Shown here: piece by piece, positions 27,130 through 38,039 of the stretch | How positions within the stretch are numbered: position 1 is the stretch's first letter | Layout of the letters: every line of letters begins with the position of its first letter | From: Eledone cirrhosa | Lineage: Eukaryota | Direction of reading: 5' to 3' | DNA length: 64,000 nucleotides | NCBI GenBank assembly: GCA_964016885.1 | Contig: OZ024744.1 | Location: 55,180,001-55,244,000, forward strand | Position numbers and translations under genes: made by a program | Notes under the pieces: model-generated | Database searches by the model: none | What the model was told of the DNA's origin: nothing | The model's input: only the letters and a program-made list of their open reading frames with translations

Positions 27130-28650
27130 GGTATAGACCAAATTGCTCGGAATATCATGGCCCTTCTCGACGTTTGGTACCTGTAAGATGTTGGGCAGGC
27201 CTGTGGGGACTGTCTGCCATGACCTGCAATCAGTAGTTCCTGCTCTAGCGAGAAACAGCCTTGAGGTCAGTTCGTCTCAGATGTGCAATCCATTCTCCCC
27301 CAGGAACAGGTAACTCCTTAAAGAAGATGTCCTATTCTTTGGTTGCCAACCCTCCCGCTGGTCATCCGCTCCACCATCAGGTTTAGACTCCAGCAACTCA
27401 AGACCCTCACAAGCTGACTAGGCATGATTGATGCCCACCCAGCCCTCTTCCAGTTGAGGAACTGCTTCACCATGCCAAAGATCCTCTACACTCTACATAG
27501 CGCTCCTTGCTACAGCCACTCATCTCTCCTTGCTGACCTTGACACTTGTATCTGAGTGGCAGCTGAGGAGATAAGCAACGTTAGCTTTGACGAAATTGGA
27601 TGGCAACAGGCCACCTTACCTGTTAAATATGGTGGCTTTGGTCCCCGGTCTCTGGTCCCACTGGCTTTGCTGGTGTTTCTTTCATCGGTAACCTCTTGCT
27701 GCATCCTAATCAACAAGGTTCTTTAAAACACAATGGAACTCACTGTGATTGAGGAACGTGAGGCCACCTGCGAGACTTAGAATTGGCTCGGACTCAGCCC
27801 AGTAGACGTCCCTTCTCCCTCTCCCCCCGTCGATGTCAAGTCCCCCCAGAGCATATGGGATGCCATCCGGTGCAAGCTGGCCTCAGACAGGATAGCGCGC
27901 CAGCTTGACCAGCACTGCTTCGCATGTTTTTGCTCAGCCTCATAACTCCACAGCGGTGCCTAGTTCAATGCCTTATCTTCCTATTCTACTGGCACACAGC
28001 TGGATAATGATAGCCTGTGCATTGAGGTTTATCTGAGGTTTGGCCTCCGGATCTGTGAACCATACAGCCATGCTGCTATCAATGAGGTCATAAAGCATGG
28101 CTTGGATGTTGCAGGCTTCCCCTCCCAGCTTGAGCCGGTGGGGCTGGACCGAGGGGACAGTAAAAGGCCAAACAACATGACCATCTTCCCTTCCACGATG
28201 GTAAACTCCTCATCTGGGATGCCACATGCAGCAACATATTCTCCAGTGGCATCCTGGTGCAGTCTGTGACTAACCCAGGCTCTGCTGCACTTCAGGCTAA
28301 GGAGGGTAAACTCTCTAAATATTGGTTGCGCTCCAACAGGTTTGCAGGCGAGCCCATAGCAGTGGAGACTTCTGGTGTCCTTGGCCCTAGGGCCACCCCC
28401 CTACTCACTACCATAGGCACTGAGCTGGCTAGCTGCAGGTGTGAGCCTTGCGAGCTGGAATGGCTCTTCCAGCTCATCTCCCTCACCATCCTTCGGGGAA
28501 ACGCCTTCTCTATTCTGTCCACTGGGGCCGTAGGGCGACCAGCAAGTGGGACCCAACTTGCTCATAATATTGAGAGAAGGGGAGGGCGAGAAACGGAGGC
28601 AGTGACAGTGGGAGTTTGGTTCTTCTGTGTTCAGACCTGGTGTACATGTG
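27130..28650 (+). mobile_element. CRE-like non-LTR retrotransposon remnant (post-RT region + restriction-like endonuclease)
   Basis: Translated fragments PALFQLRNCFTMPKILYTL, WQQATLPVKYGGFG, SGA*FNAL..LDNDSL, LEPVGLDRGDSKRPNNMTIFP, LIWDATC, PIAVETSGVLG, LFQLISLTILRGNAFSIL. Confidence 0.8.
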
Positions 28651-29144
28651 TGTGTAATTGTACACTATCAACCCTTTCTTTTCCTCTTTCTTTGTAAACT
28701 TAATCAGCAAGACATATATTTATATTTATTGAATTTTTGGTTGGTTGATCTGTGATCATACTCAAAAATGGGAGAGAGAGAGAGGGGGGGGGAAAGAGAC
28801 CTGTATAGATCACCGTAGAGAAACAACAAATAATTGTCATGTCTTCTTGACATTTTTAATAGAAGAAAATATTAAAATCAATAAGTTTATATTGATTAAG
28901 AAGTCTGCCTGTAAATATCGATATTTCTGCCTGATTGGACGTCTTCATAGTCTGTAGAAAATTTAAGGGGTGAAATATTCACAGGAATAGTTTGAGAGAA
29001 GAAATTTAAGATTTAAAAAAAAAAAGAAAAGAAAAGAAAAGAATTACTAATATTTATTACAAATATACAAAAGAGAAATTTTATCTTTTAAATTTTATTT
29101 TTAATTAATAATTATTTATATTTTCAAAATTAATATTCATTTAT

Positions 29145-30647
29145 TATTGCCCTTCAGGCTATAACAGAGGAGTTCAAGACCGGCTGCCCCTGGGAACTTC
29201 TATACGCAGATGATCTAAGCTCATAGCTGAATCGATGGCTGAACTAGAGAAGAAATTCCAAACATGAAAACATGGCCTAGAATCAAAAGGCCTTAAAGTT
29301 AACTTGTCTAAGACTAAAGTTCTAGTATGTAGGAAGGAAAATAGGGCACAGGTCCCCTCCAGGAAATGGCCATGCTCAGTGTGTAGGAAAGGAGTAGGCA
29401 GAAATTCCATTTTATGTCCTAAATGCAAAGTATGGGTGCATAAAAGATGTAGTGGGATCACAGGTAAGCTATCTAAGAACGTAGATTTTATATGTGGCTC
29501 AGGTGCAATAAGTAGCAAGTGCCCACAGGATACTAGTTCCTTCTATTGCCCAGATGGTTCTATAGAAATAGTGGACACCTTCCGTTACCTGGATGACAAA
29601 ATCAGCAGTGGTGGAGGGTGCTCAGAAAGTACAGTAGCCAGAGTTCAGAGAGCTTATACCACTATTGACCGCTAAATGTTTCTCTCTAAAAATGAAAGGC
29701 AGGCTGTATGATGCCTGCATACGAACAGCTATGTTACATGGCAGTGAGACCTGGGCATTGTGTGCAGAGGATCTGCGCAGATTGGAGAGGAACAAAGCAT
29801 GCATGCTCCGCTGGATGTGTAATAGTAATATACGTGAACAGCAAAGCATAAATGAACTAAGTGAGAAATTAGGTATAAGAGGGATCAGATGCTGTTTACT
29901 TGAGAGAAGACTATGTTGGTATGGTCACATGATGCGCATGAAAGAGGATAACTGTATAAAAAAGTGCAGGGCGATCAAAATTGACGGAAGTTACGGAGTA
30001 GGCAGACCCAGAAAAACCTGGGACGATTTGATAAATTCTGACCTTACACACTTACACCTCTCTAAGACAATGTCACTGGACCGAGATCTTTGGCGCTACA
30101 CAGTTATACAGAAGACCCGCCTTGCCTGAGTACAAAGCGAAACCTACAGTCAGTAGGCACCTCTAAATCAAATATACACCTCCATGCCACTACCCCAACT
30201 CCCCCACCCAACCCCATCAACACCACCCCTTTCTCTGTAAAGTTATGTTGGTACCACAACATCCAGTCCAAAACAAATGAGGTCGTGTAGGTGTCACAAC
30301 AAAAAAACACAGTCCACGCTGTAATGTGGCCGTGTAGGTAACACAGTAAAAAGTTCCCAGTCCACACTGTAAACGTGGTTGGTGTTAGGAAGGGCATCCA
30401 GCCGTAGAAAACCCACCAGACAGTCCTATAAGAGCAAGACAACCAATCTTGCCTCAAGTGGGAAAATTCCCGTCTAAACCCATGCTAGCGTGGAAGATGG
30501 ACGTTAGATGATGATGATGATGATGATGATCCAGCCATAGAAACGAAGCCAAAATTAGTTGTGTATGAGCGAAACATGGTCGTCCAACCTGATCTCTCAC
30601 AAATGGACAGCCCGTCCTACCCATGGTAGTAGGAAAATGGATGTTAA

Positions 30648-30677
<30 letters not shown>
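29145..30677 (+). mobile_element. Best-preserved RTE 3' half (YADD, PHD-like finger, C-terminus, 3' UTR repeats, tail) plus a second tandem tail
   Basis: ELLYADD at ~29194-29214; ORFs 29304-29675 and 29665-30129; tails ending in (GAT)n at ~30530 and ~30677. Confidence 0.92.
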
Positions 30678-30678
<1 letters not shown>

Positions 30679-32592
30679 CACAATACCATAAAGTTGGAGG
30701 GGAAAAGAGGCATTGTTAATCATACGAACCTCAGTATTTTACTGGTATATTTATTCTACTGACTTAGAAGTAACTTTGCCCACATTTTCTGTGGAGGGTT
30801 GTGAGGGCAGAGCTCTCAACATGCCTTTCAGTGGGACCTGTCAGAAACAACCATCTTCAATAAAAGACAAATTAGGCACTGGTTGGGGTTGAAATCTGAA
30901 TGCCAAAGGTCAGGGCTGGAAACAAGCACATTCTTAGGGCATAAAAGGAACAAGGGCATCATTTTATTCAAATAAATTGTATTTTCCACTCCCAAAAAGG
31001 ATTTTTTGGCAAACTTTATATGTGGAAAGTACCATAATCTTTTAAGGGCTTAGGGCCTGAAAAGGACTCAACCCAGCCCTGCCAACGGTTGTAATTATAT
31101 ACTACATAGCATTTTGTCCACTGATTTACTGTTTTCCCACAATCCACTACCTTTTGACTTTTTTTTTTTAAGTGTGGAGGGGCAGTACCCCTTTCACAGG
31201 CCTGCTTGTAGCAGTAATTTGATGCTTTTTTCAATGGAGTTGCTTTTACTATCAAATCGGCCACTAAGAAGCTGTACACTGTGGCCTCATAGATAAGTTT
31301 ACATTCTGAATGGCTTTTGAGTGGCAATATGTCTGAGATTTTAACATATCAGAGGGTCATCGGCTTCTCAACTCTCGGAGACAAAGGAAGGCATATTCAT
31401 AAATAGCTTGCTCTTAGAGTCAAACAAGTTTAGTTGCAGAGTTGAATTCTAAGAGTTAACATGTAGTACATTGCCTTACAGAAACTCTGTGGGTCTCCCC
31501 CCCCCCCCTCTCTATCTATCTATCTTGGTCTCTCTCTCTCGACCAAGCCAGCGAAATTCATCACATAAACAGAAGTTTGGTAAATACATTGTTAATATAC
31601 CTTTGCATACACATGCATACACATCCAAACATGCATACACATGCATACACATCCAAACATGCATACACATCCAAACAAAATAACATGACACAATTCATCT
31701 GTGTTTATTTGTTGTTAGTGTATTGTCTTATAACTTCAGAGAAAGTTATATTGAATAAATTAGTAACTTAGCGGCCTTGTGTTCTTGTGGTTTATATATT
31801 TCATTTCCTACATGATCAAGAAACCATCATATCATCATCATCATAACGAACACTGTTACTCACTTACTTGCACACCTGCAATCTCTGATCACACTGTATC
31901 AGGTACAGCAATCTTCTCTCGCCTACATTGTACACAAGACCAGCTACACCACTGAGCAATCCACAAGTGAGTACACACAACAGAATCAATACCACAATAC
32001 ATCCATTCGTCCCATCATTCTGCCTGATATATGCTAACATTAGACAGATTGATACCATAAATACTCAGCTTAAACTTTTGCAAGATCACTCCTTTTGGAA
32101 AGACATGAACAGAAAGAGGGTTCCAGAGGAATGATGTTATTGGCAGGAAGGACTGATCATAGTGGTTAATGCAGTGCCTAGTAGTGTAGGGTGGTAGGAT
32201 GGACACAGCAAAAGTGATGCAAAGAGGAGAGATGAGTAAGTGAAGAGTACTTGGGTGAAAGTGGTATGAACCAGCAAGCTCCGAGGATCAGAAACCATTG
32301 GTAGTAGTGGTAGAAGAGACAAATGGAGGAGACAGTATGTTTGGGGGCCAAAGAGTAGAGAGTCTTTGAGTGATTAATAAAATGAGAAAAAAATCAGAAT
32401 TCGATTTTAGGCTCTAACATATTGGATTACATAAATGTAAATATGGGTTATATTGAATATCAATATTCTAATATTGTTTTTAATTTTCAACAAGGTTAGC
32501 CGTAAAATTGCTCAGTATGCAAATGAGGCTAATCAGCCAATGTATACATTACAAAAAATGTTCAACAGTTCAATTGAGTAGCAGAGAGGCAT

Positions 32593-32635
32593 ACAGTCCT
32601 GATGCAGGGAAATAACCCAGAAACATGTTGGCTGT
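32593..32635 (+). ncRNA. Candidate minimal (Penelope-type) hammerhead ribozyme
   Basis: ACAGTC-CTGATGC-A-GGG(aaataa)CCC-A-GAAAC-ATGT-T-GGCTGT: stem I, a CUGAnGA-like box, stem II, GAAA and a palindromic stem III. A9 is replaced by C. Confidence 0.6.
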
Positions 32636-33310
32636 TCCTCAATGCTACTGTTGAACAAACGGATGATGATAGTCGTCAAAAACAAAATGTAACATAAGTA
32701 AGGCCATTTGCTTGCAAGGAAGTATCGGTAGAGGGTTGGATGCCATGCTTTGCAGCATTGAGTTACGCCCCTTTATGATCTGAGTTCAAATCCCGCTGAG
32801 GTTAACTTTGCCTTTCATCCTTATGGGGTCGATAAAATAAAATACCAGTTATGCACTGGGTAATTGCTGGCTTTGTGCCAAAAGTAGAAACAATTATTAT
32901 TATAAAAAAAAAAAAAATCATCTCAGCTGGTGTTATTTGGTTAGGCATGGCCTGGGTCAAAACCTGGCCGAAACCTATGAAAGTTATCAAAGCTATCAGA
33001 AATAAGTTTTTTGTTTTTTTTAAGTGGATAAGAGGATAAATCCATTCTTGGAGAGTACTCGAACTCAGATCATACAAGGAGGTAACTCTATGCTTCAAAG
33101 CATGGCATCTGATCCTCTACCGATACTGCCAATCCACCGCCTTCATATCTTATAATAATAATAATGAAAATATTGTGTACAGTGCTCAGGTGCACTACAA
33201 CTCATCAAAAAGTGTATGTATAGTACATAGGGTAATGTACAAACGTCCAGAAAATGAACAGTGCATGAGTCATGATATACACATGTGTGCATGTGTATGG
33301 AAGGGGTACA

Positions 33311-36248
33311 TCAGGTGTAGTTTTGGCGAATTTCAGGAAGCATGAGGGTTTTAAAGGATGCAGTGTCTCGGCAGCTAACAACTGATGCAAGCAGTTTGTT
33401 CCATGCTTCAGTAACTGTAAGCGTGAAAAAATGTTTCCGAAAGTCATGGGAGCTGTGCTGTTTTCTGATTTTGTAGGCATGTCCACGTATGTTAGACACA
33501 TGGAGATCAAAAAGGTGCTCAGGGTTGTTGTTGGCGAGATGGTTAATAATTTTGTGGGTGTTTACCAAGTCCATTGCCAGACGTTGGAGCTTCAATGAAT
33601 CCATGCCCAGGGAAGCAAGGCGTTCAGAGTATGGTAGGTGTCTGTTGGAGGGTATGCGCTTGGTTGCACATCTCTGAACAGTTTCCAGGAGGTCAATGTT
33701 CTGAGCAAGATAGGGGTTCCAAGTGTGGTCGTACGATAGCTGTATACAGCTTTAAATAGATGGCTGGAGAGCGACTAACAAAAGTCTTGCTGAATGATGC
33801 CAAGACACCCTCGGCCTTCTTGACAATCTTAGAGACATGCTTTGTCCAACGAAAATCGCTGCTGACAGTAATGCCCAGGTCACGTTCACAAGAGGACTTC
33901 TTGATATCAGTGTTGTGGAGGGAATATGTGGACGTTGGATTTTTCCTCCCAAAATGCATGGTAGTACACTTGTCCACAGCCAGCTTCAGTTGCCAGTCTG
34001 TGATCCATTACTGCATTGTGTCCAGGTCTGATTGTAGGAAAGAGTTGTAGATTTCAGGATCAATCCTTTTGATTTCAAAGTACAGCTTGATATCATCTGC
34101 ATATTTCAGTACCATGGTATTCTTTAAGTTGGCATCTATGTCATTAATGTATGCCACAAACAAAATGGGACCAAGAACAGATCCCTGTGGTACACCAGAT
34201 GACATCTCATATGGTGAAGAATGCTGTCCTAGAACCGTGACTACCTCTTTTCGGCTGAGAATGAAGGATTTCAACCAGTTAAAAAGATCATCCCTCACAC
34301 CCATTGCAGAGAGTTTCGCCATAAGTCTTTTGTGTGGCACAGAATTAAAAGCCTTAGCGAAGTCAAGGTAAACAACATCCACCCATGAGCCACTGTCAGT
34401 GATCCGGGTACTGTCGTCAAGGAACTCAATAAGCTGCTGGAGTTAGGGATAAACCAAATTGTGAGGCTGTGAGAACTCCAGAAGTTCCAAAGTGTTTCCC
34501 TGACACAGGATTCCATCAGTTTGGCCATACAGCTAGTAAGACTGACTGGACGATAGTTGACAGGTGACATGCAGTTGCCCTTTTTGAACAGGGGAATGAC
34601 ACTGGCAGTTTTCCACTGCTCCGGAGTAGCACCATTGTGGAGACAGTATTGAAAGAAAGAAAGCTGGTGCAAAAGGAAGTACCCGCCACGTTTGAGAAGC
34701 AGGTATGTAACACCATCAAAACCAGGGGAGGCATAGTTGCGCTTATTCTTAAGGTGACGTCACAACATTTCAGGTGTAAATTCCGTAGTTGTTATGGAAT
34801 TTGATGTTAGAGATGGTGGAGATGGTACATTCTGGTTTTCAACAGTAAAAATGCTTGCATAGCACTCAGCAATGAGTTTTGCGCATTCTTTGGGATCGTC
34901 AGTGATCTGGCTTGTGTGGGGATTGCGAAGAGGACCAACTGGAGAGTGAGGTCTCTGCTTTGAAATAACATATTTCCAGAACACCTTACTGTCAGGATTG
35001 GTTGCTATGCACTGTTCAAATTCAAGCACTGCCTTTTTTGTCACTTGCTTGAGATGGTTGGAAGATTTATTCCACTTTTTTCTGTTGGCATCTGATTTAT
35101 GCAGTTTATATTCCCGTTCAGCGTTCCAACGTTCTTTCCTGGCAAGTCGGACTGCTGAAGTTTCCCAAAATGCACTTTTGGGGTGGATTTTTTTCTGCTT
35201 ACATGGCACCGATGCTGCACATGTTATCCATATTGAGTCCAGGATGCTTTGGAGTATAGTGTTCACATCTCCAGAGTTATAGAACTCATGCCAGTTTGGG
35301 TGCTGTAGCTCAGTGCAGTACAAGTTCCAATCTGCTTTCTTCCAATCAAAGCAAGCAGATTAGAGATGGTTCTGGTTTTTGTTGCTCCCCGCAAGAGCCA
35401 GATTGGCAATGATCAGAGTCGCCTAGAGGTTCCTCAGTAGTACAACTGATAACCACTTCAGGAATAGTGGTGAAGATCAGGTCCAAAGTGTTGTCACCTC
35501 TTGTTGGAGAGGTGACTACTTGTGACCAGTTTGAGTCCAGCACTAGCTCAAGGAAATCGTTTGCACTTTGTGGCCAACGAAAGGTTTCCCAATCGATCTC
35601 AGGATGATTGAAATCACCTGCAATAAACACATAAGTGGCTGTTTTCCTGTAATGTGGCCGTGTAGGCAACACAGTAAAAACCTCCCAGCCCCACACTGTA
35701 AATGTGGTTGGTGTTAGGAAGGGCATCCAGCTGTAGAAAACCCGCCAGACAGTCCTATGCGAGCAAGACAATCACTCTTGCCTCAAGTGGGAAAACCCCC
35801 GTCCAAACCCATGATGCAAGCGTGGAACACGGACGTTAAACGTTGATGATGATGATGTGTGTCCTGATGGTAGTTTGGGGGGCGATAAACAACACCAAGC
35901 AGAAGTGTTGACATGGTCACAAAAAAAAACTTCTTGTGATTCATTCAAATCAATGCAAGGAATTACCGAAAAGTTTGAACGAACGTAGACCATCACACCA
36001 CCACCACAGCGATTAATGCGGTCCTTACGGAACAGGTTGTACCCAGTAATGCTGAAAACCCCATCACAGAGTAAGGAATGTGCCCATGTTTCCCTGACTG
36101 TGATGAAGTCAGGGTTGATGCTTCTGACGTAGGAGTTAAACAGATGTATCTTGTTGCATAAACTGCGAGCATTTATGGACAACAATTTGTACCCTGCTTG
36201 CAGTTTATGATGGTGTGTAGAGGATGGCAGGTTGTTCTGGTTTAGTTT
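33311..36248 (-). pseudogene. LINE ORF2 (endonuclease-reverse transcriptase), disrupted
   Basis: Consecutive ORF-track fragments 35772-36185, 35346-35771, 34760-35323, 34295-34672, 34008-34382, 33693-33977 and 33311-33604 reproduce APE-RT in order. Confidence 0.9.
35647..35858 (+). mobile_element. RTE-type 3' tail fragment nested inside the CR1 APE domain
   Basis: Closely matches 30319-30530, ends in (GAT)n, and interrupts the APE between the CxxPP and AGDFN motifs. Confidence 0.88.
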
Positions 36249-36940
36249 CCCAGAGTTGTTGTAGTTTTTTCATTGCCAGTTATTGTGGGTAGAGCACACT
36301 CAGACCAGCTGGTATCTCTCTTCCACGTTTCACCAGCCTTAACAAACCTCCAGATCTGCCCATCATCACGCAGACTAAAACTTTCATATAGTGCTGAGTT
36401 CCGATTCAAGGAAGCTGCAGCACGTAGCTTTGGACGTACATTGGGTGGTATGCCTGGGCATGTTCGGAAAGTAATCCGATTTTCATGCCCAGCTTTAACA
36501 GAGGCCAGATAATATGAAATTGCCTCAGCGGGGTCCAAAAAAGAAAGCCTGATGAGTCTGGGTTTTGGACCAGGTCGACCAAGGCGGAGAGCACTCTTTG
36601 TGGGAACACAGCCTAGATCTTTAGCTGAGCTGGCAGCAAATGCCTTGTCCTCTGGTTCCCCAATGGCAATTACTTCATGGGTAGCAGATTTTGCGGTCTT
36701 CTCAGTGTACCCAGATATGGCAAAAGGTACAGGGATATTCTTTAGCAAGGCATTCCGATAAGACCCCTCATTGTGGGGTCCTACCCAAATGCCTGCTTTT
36801 ATTCCTGTTACTTCCCTTCTTAAAGCAGAAATCATTTGTTGTAATTCTGCAAAATCTGTACTGATCGATTGATGTTGTTGTTGTTGCTGCTGTTGTTGTT
36901 GATGTTCCTCCATGGGAATAGTAGGGGAAGACACAGTCAT
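36242..36940 (-). CDS. LINE ORF1 protein, 232 aa (polyQ, coiled-coil-like segment, RLGR..KPRLI motif)
   Basis: Open ORF immediately upstream of the APE domain. RLGRPGPKPRLIRLSF is typical of CR1/L2-group ORF1 RRM-like regions. Confidence 0.75.
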   Translation of the reverse strand: MTVSSPTIPMEEHQQQQQQQQQHQSISTDFAELQQMISALRREVTGIKAGIWVGPHNEGSYRNALLKNIPVPFAISGYTEKTAKSATHEVIAIGEPEDKAFAASSAKDLGCVPTKSALRLGRPGPKPRLIRLSFLDPAEAISYYLASVKAGHENRITFRTCPGIPPNVRPKLRAAASLNRNSALYESFSLRDDGQIWRFVKAGETWKRDTSWSECALPTITGNEKTTTTLGN

Positions 36941-36979
36941 CAGTTGTTGGTGTCGAGATGTACTATGGTTTAAATTTCA

Positions 36980-37178
36980 TATAAATCGAAGGGAAAAAAT
37001 TTTCAGCGGGGGGGTTTGTGCCCCTGGGGAACCCTTTGTTTAAAATGAAATATACTTATCCAAGTACCCTGGGCAATGTAGTTTCAGAATATATATGGGG
37101 GTCTATCTCCAAAACCATAGGAGGAGTTCGTGAACAAACAAACAAACAGACAGGAACTACAACTTTATATAGATTTAT
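36980..37178 (+). mobile_element. Possible non-autonomous Helitron/Helentron-type element end with an (ACAA)n microsatellite
   Basis: ggaggagttcgtgaacaaacaaacaaacagaca..ctttatatagat resembles Lep1/HINE-type 3' architecture. Confidence 0.35.
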
Positions 37179-37304
37179 ATATTATAAAATAACAGGAGGC
37201 TGGACTGGTGTAATTCCTTAAAAGGTTTATTATACCATGATCATTTCAATGACCGGGTTCAGTATGAATCCGGTGACATCATCAGGTATTCGAAATATAT
37301 ATTT

Positions 37305-37690
37305 TTATCATTTCATTTTACGTCCGCTTTTCCCTGCTTGCAAGGGTGGAACGGGAACTGATTCTGGCTTGATTTCTACAGCTGGATGCCCTTCCTAACA
37401 CCAACCTCATTTACAGTGAGTGGTGGGTGCTTTTTTTCCATGGCGCCTACACGTACACTTTACAGTGTGGGCTGGGTGCTTTTTAGCCATGGCACCTCCA
37501 CGACCACTTTGCAGTGGAATGATAGGAACCCCAGTTCCTATCATCTCATTTCTACAGCTGAGTAAACTGGAGCAATGTGAAATAATGTATCTTGCTCAAG
37601 GAAACAACACATCACCCGGTCTGAGAATTGAACTCACAACCTTTCGATTGCAAGGCCAATGCTCTAACCACTAAGCCATGTGGTTCCATA
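37305..37690 (-). mobile_element. Composite SINE: tRNA-like head + CORE/V-like body + 48-bp hairpin units + RTE-type tail
   Basis: On the minus strand: A-box-like tggcttagtgg, B-box-like gagttcaattc, ccttgagcaag body, repeat units, ggaagggcatccagctgtagaaa, then the tail. Internally deleted copy at 19727-19912 (+). Confidence 0.85.
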
Positions 37691-37805
37691 TATATATATA
37701 TGAAAAATTTTGGACCCTAACGGTGAGCTCCTGCTGTTTCAACAGCTAGATCCAAATTGAATCACCGGTGTTCCGGCAGCAAGAATAGCTGACGTCTTAT
37801 ATAAT

Positions 37806-38020
37806 ATGTTGTCGATGGCTGGGTTATTGTTTTGAAGGACATGTTGTCGATGGCTGGGTTATTGTTTTGAAGGACATGTTGTCGATGGCTGGGTTATTGT
37901 TTTGAAGGACATGTTGTTGATGGCTGGGTTATTGTTTTGAAGGACATGTTGTCGATGGCTGGGTTATTGTTTTGAAGGACATGTTGTTGATGGCTGGGTT
38001 ATTGTTTTGAAGGACATGTT
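37806..38020. repeat. 35-bp minisatellite, 6 copies
   Basis: Unit atgttgt(c/t)gatggctgggttattgttttgaaggac starting at 37806, 37841, 37876, 37911, 37946 and 37981. Confidence 0.97.
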
Positions 38021-38039
38021 TGAATTTTAATTTATGATT

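Larger units (their letters stand above)
33151..36960 (-). mobile_element. Near full-length CR1-group LINE (ORF1 + APE-RT ORF2 + 3' UTR with stem-loop and (ATT)n tail), inactivated
   Basis: APE motifs SINARSLCNK, GGGV, AGDFNHP, LDLIF, SDH. RT motifs YRPVSLTS, DVVYLDFAKAF, GVPQGSVLGP, YADD. C-terminal LYTAIVRPHLE, RKHFF, AWNKL. Broken by frameshifts, stops and an insertion at ~35647-35858. Confidence 0.93.

Noticed and set aside
33142-36982. ttcatat on both sides of the CR1 LINE as a TSD
   Set aside because: It is only 7 AT-rich bases and is not flush with a defined 5' end, so chance is likely.
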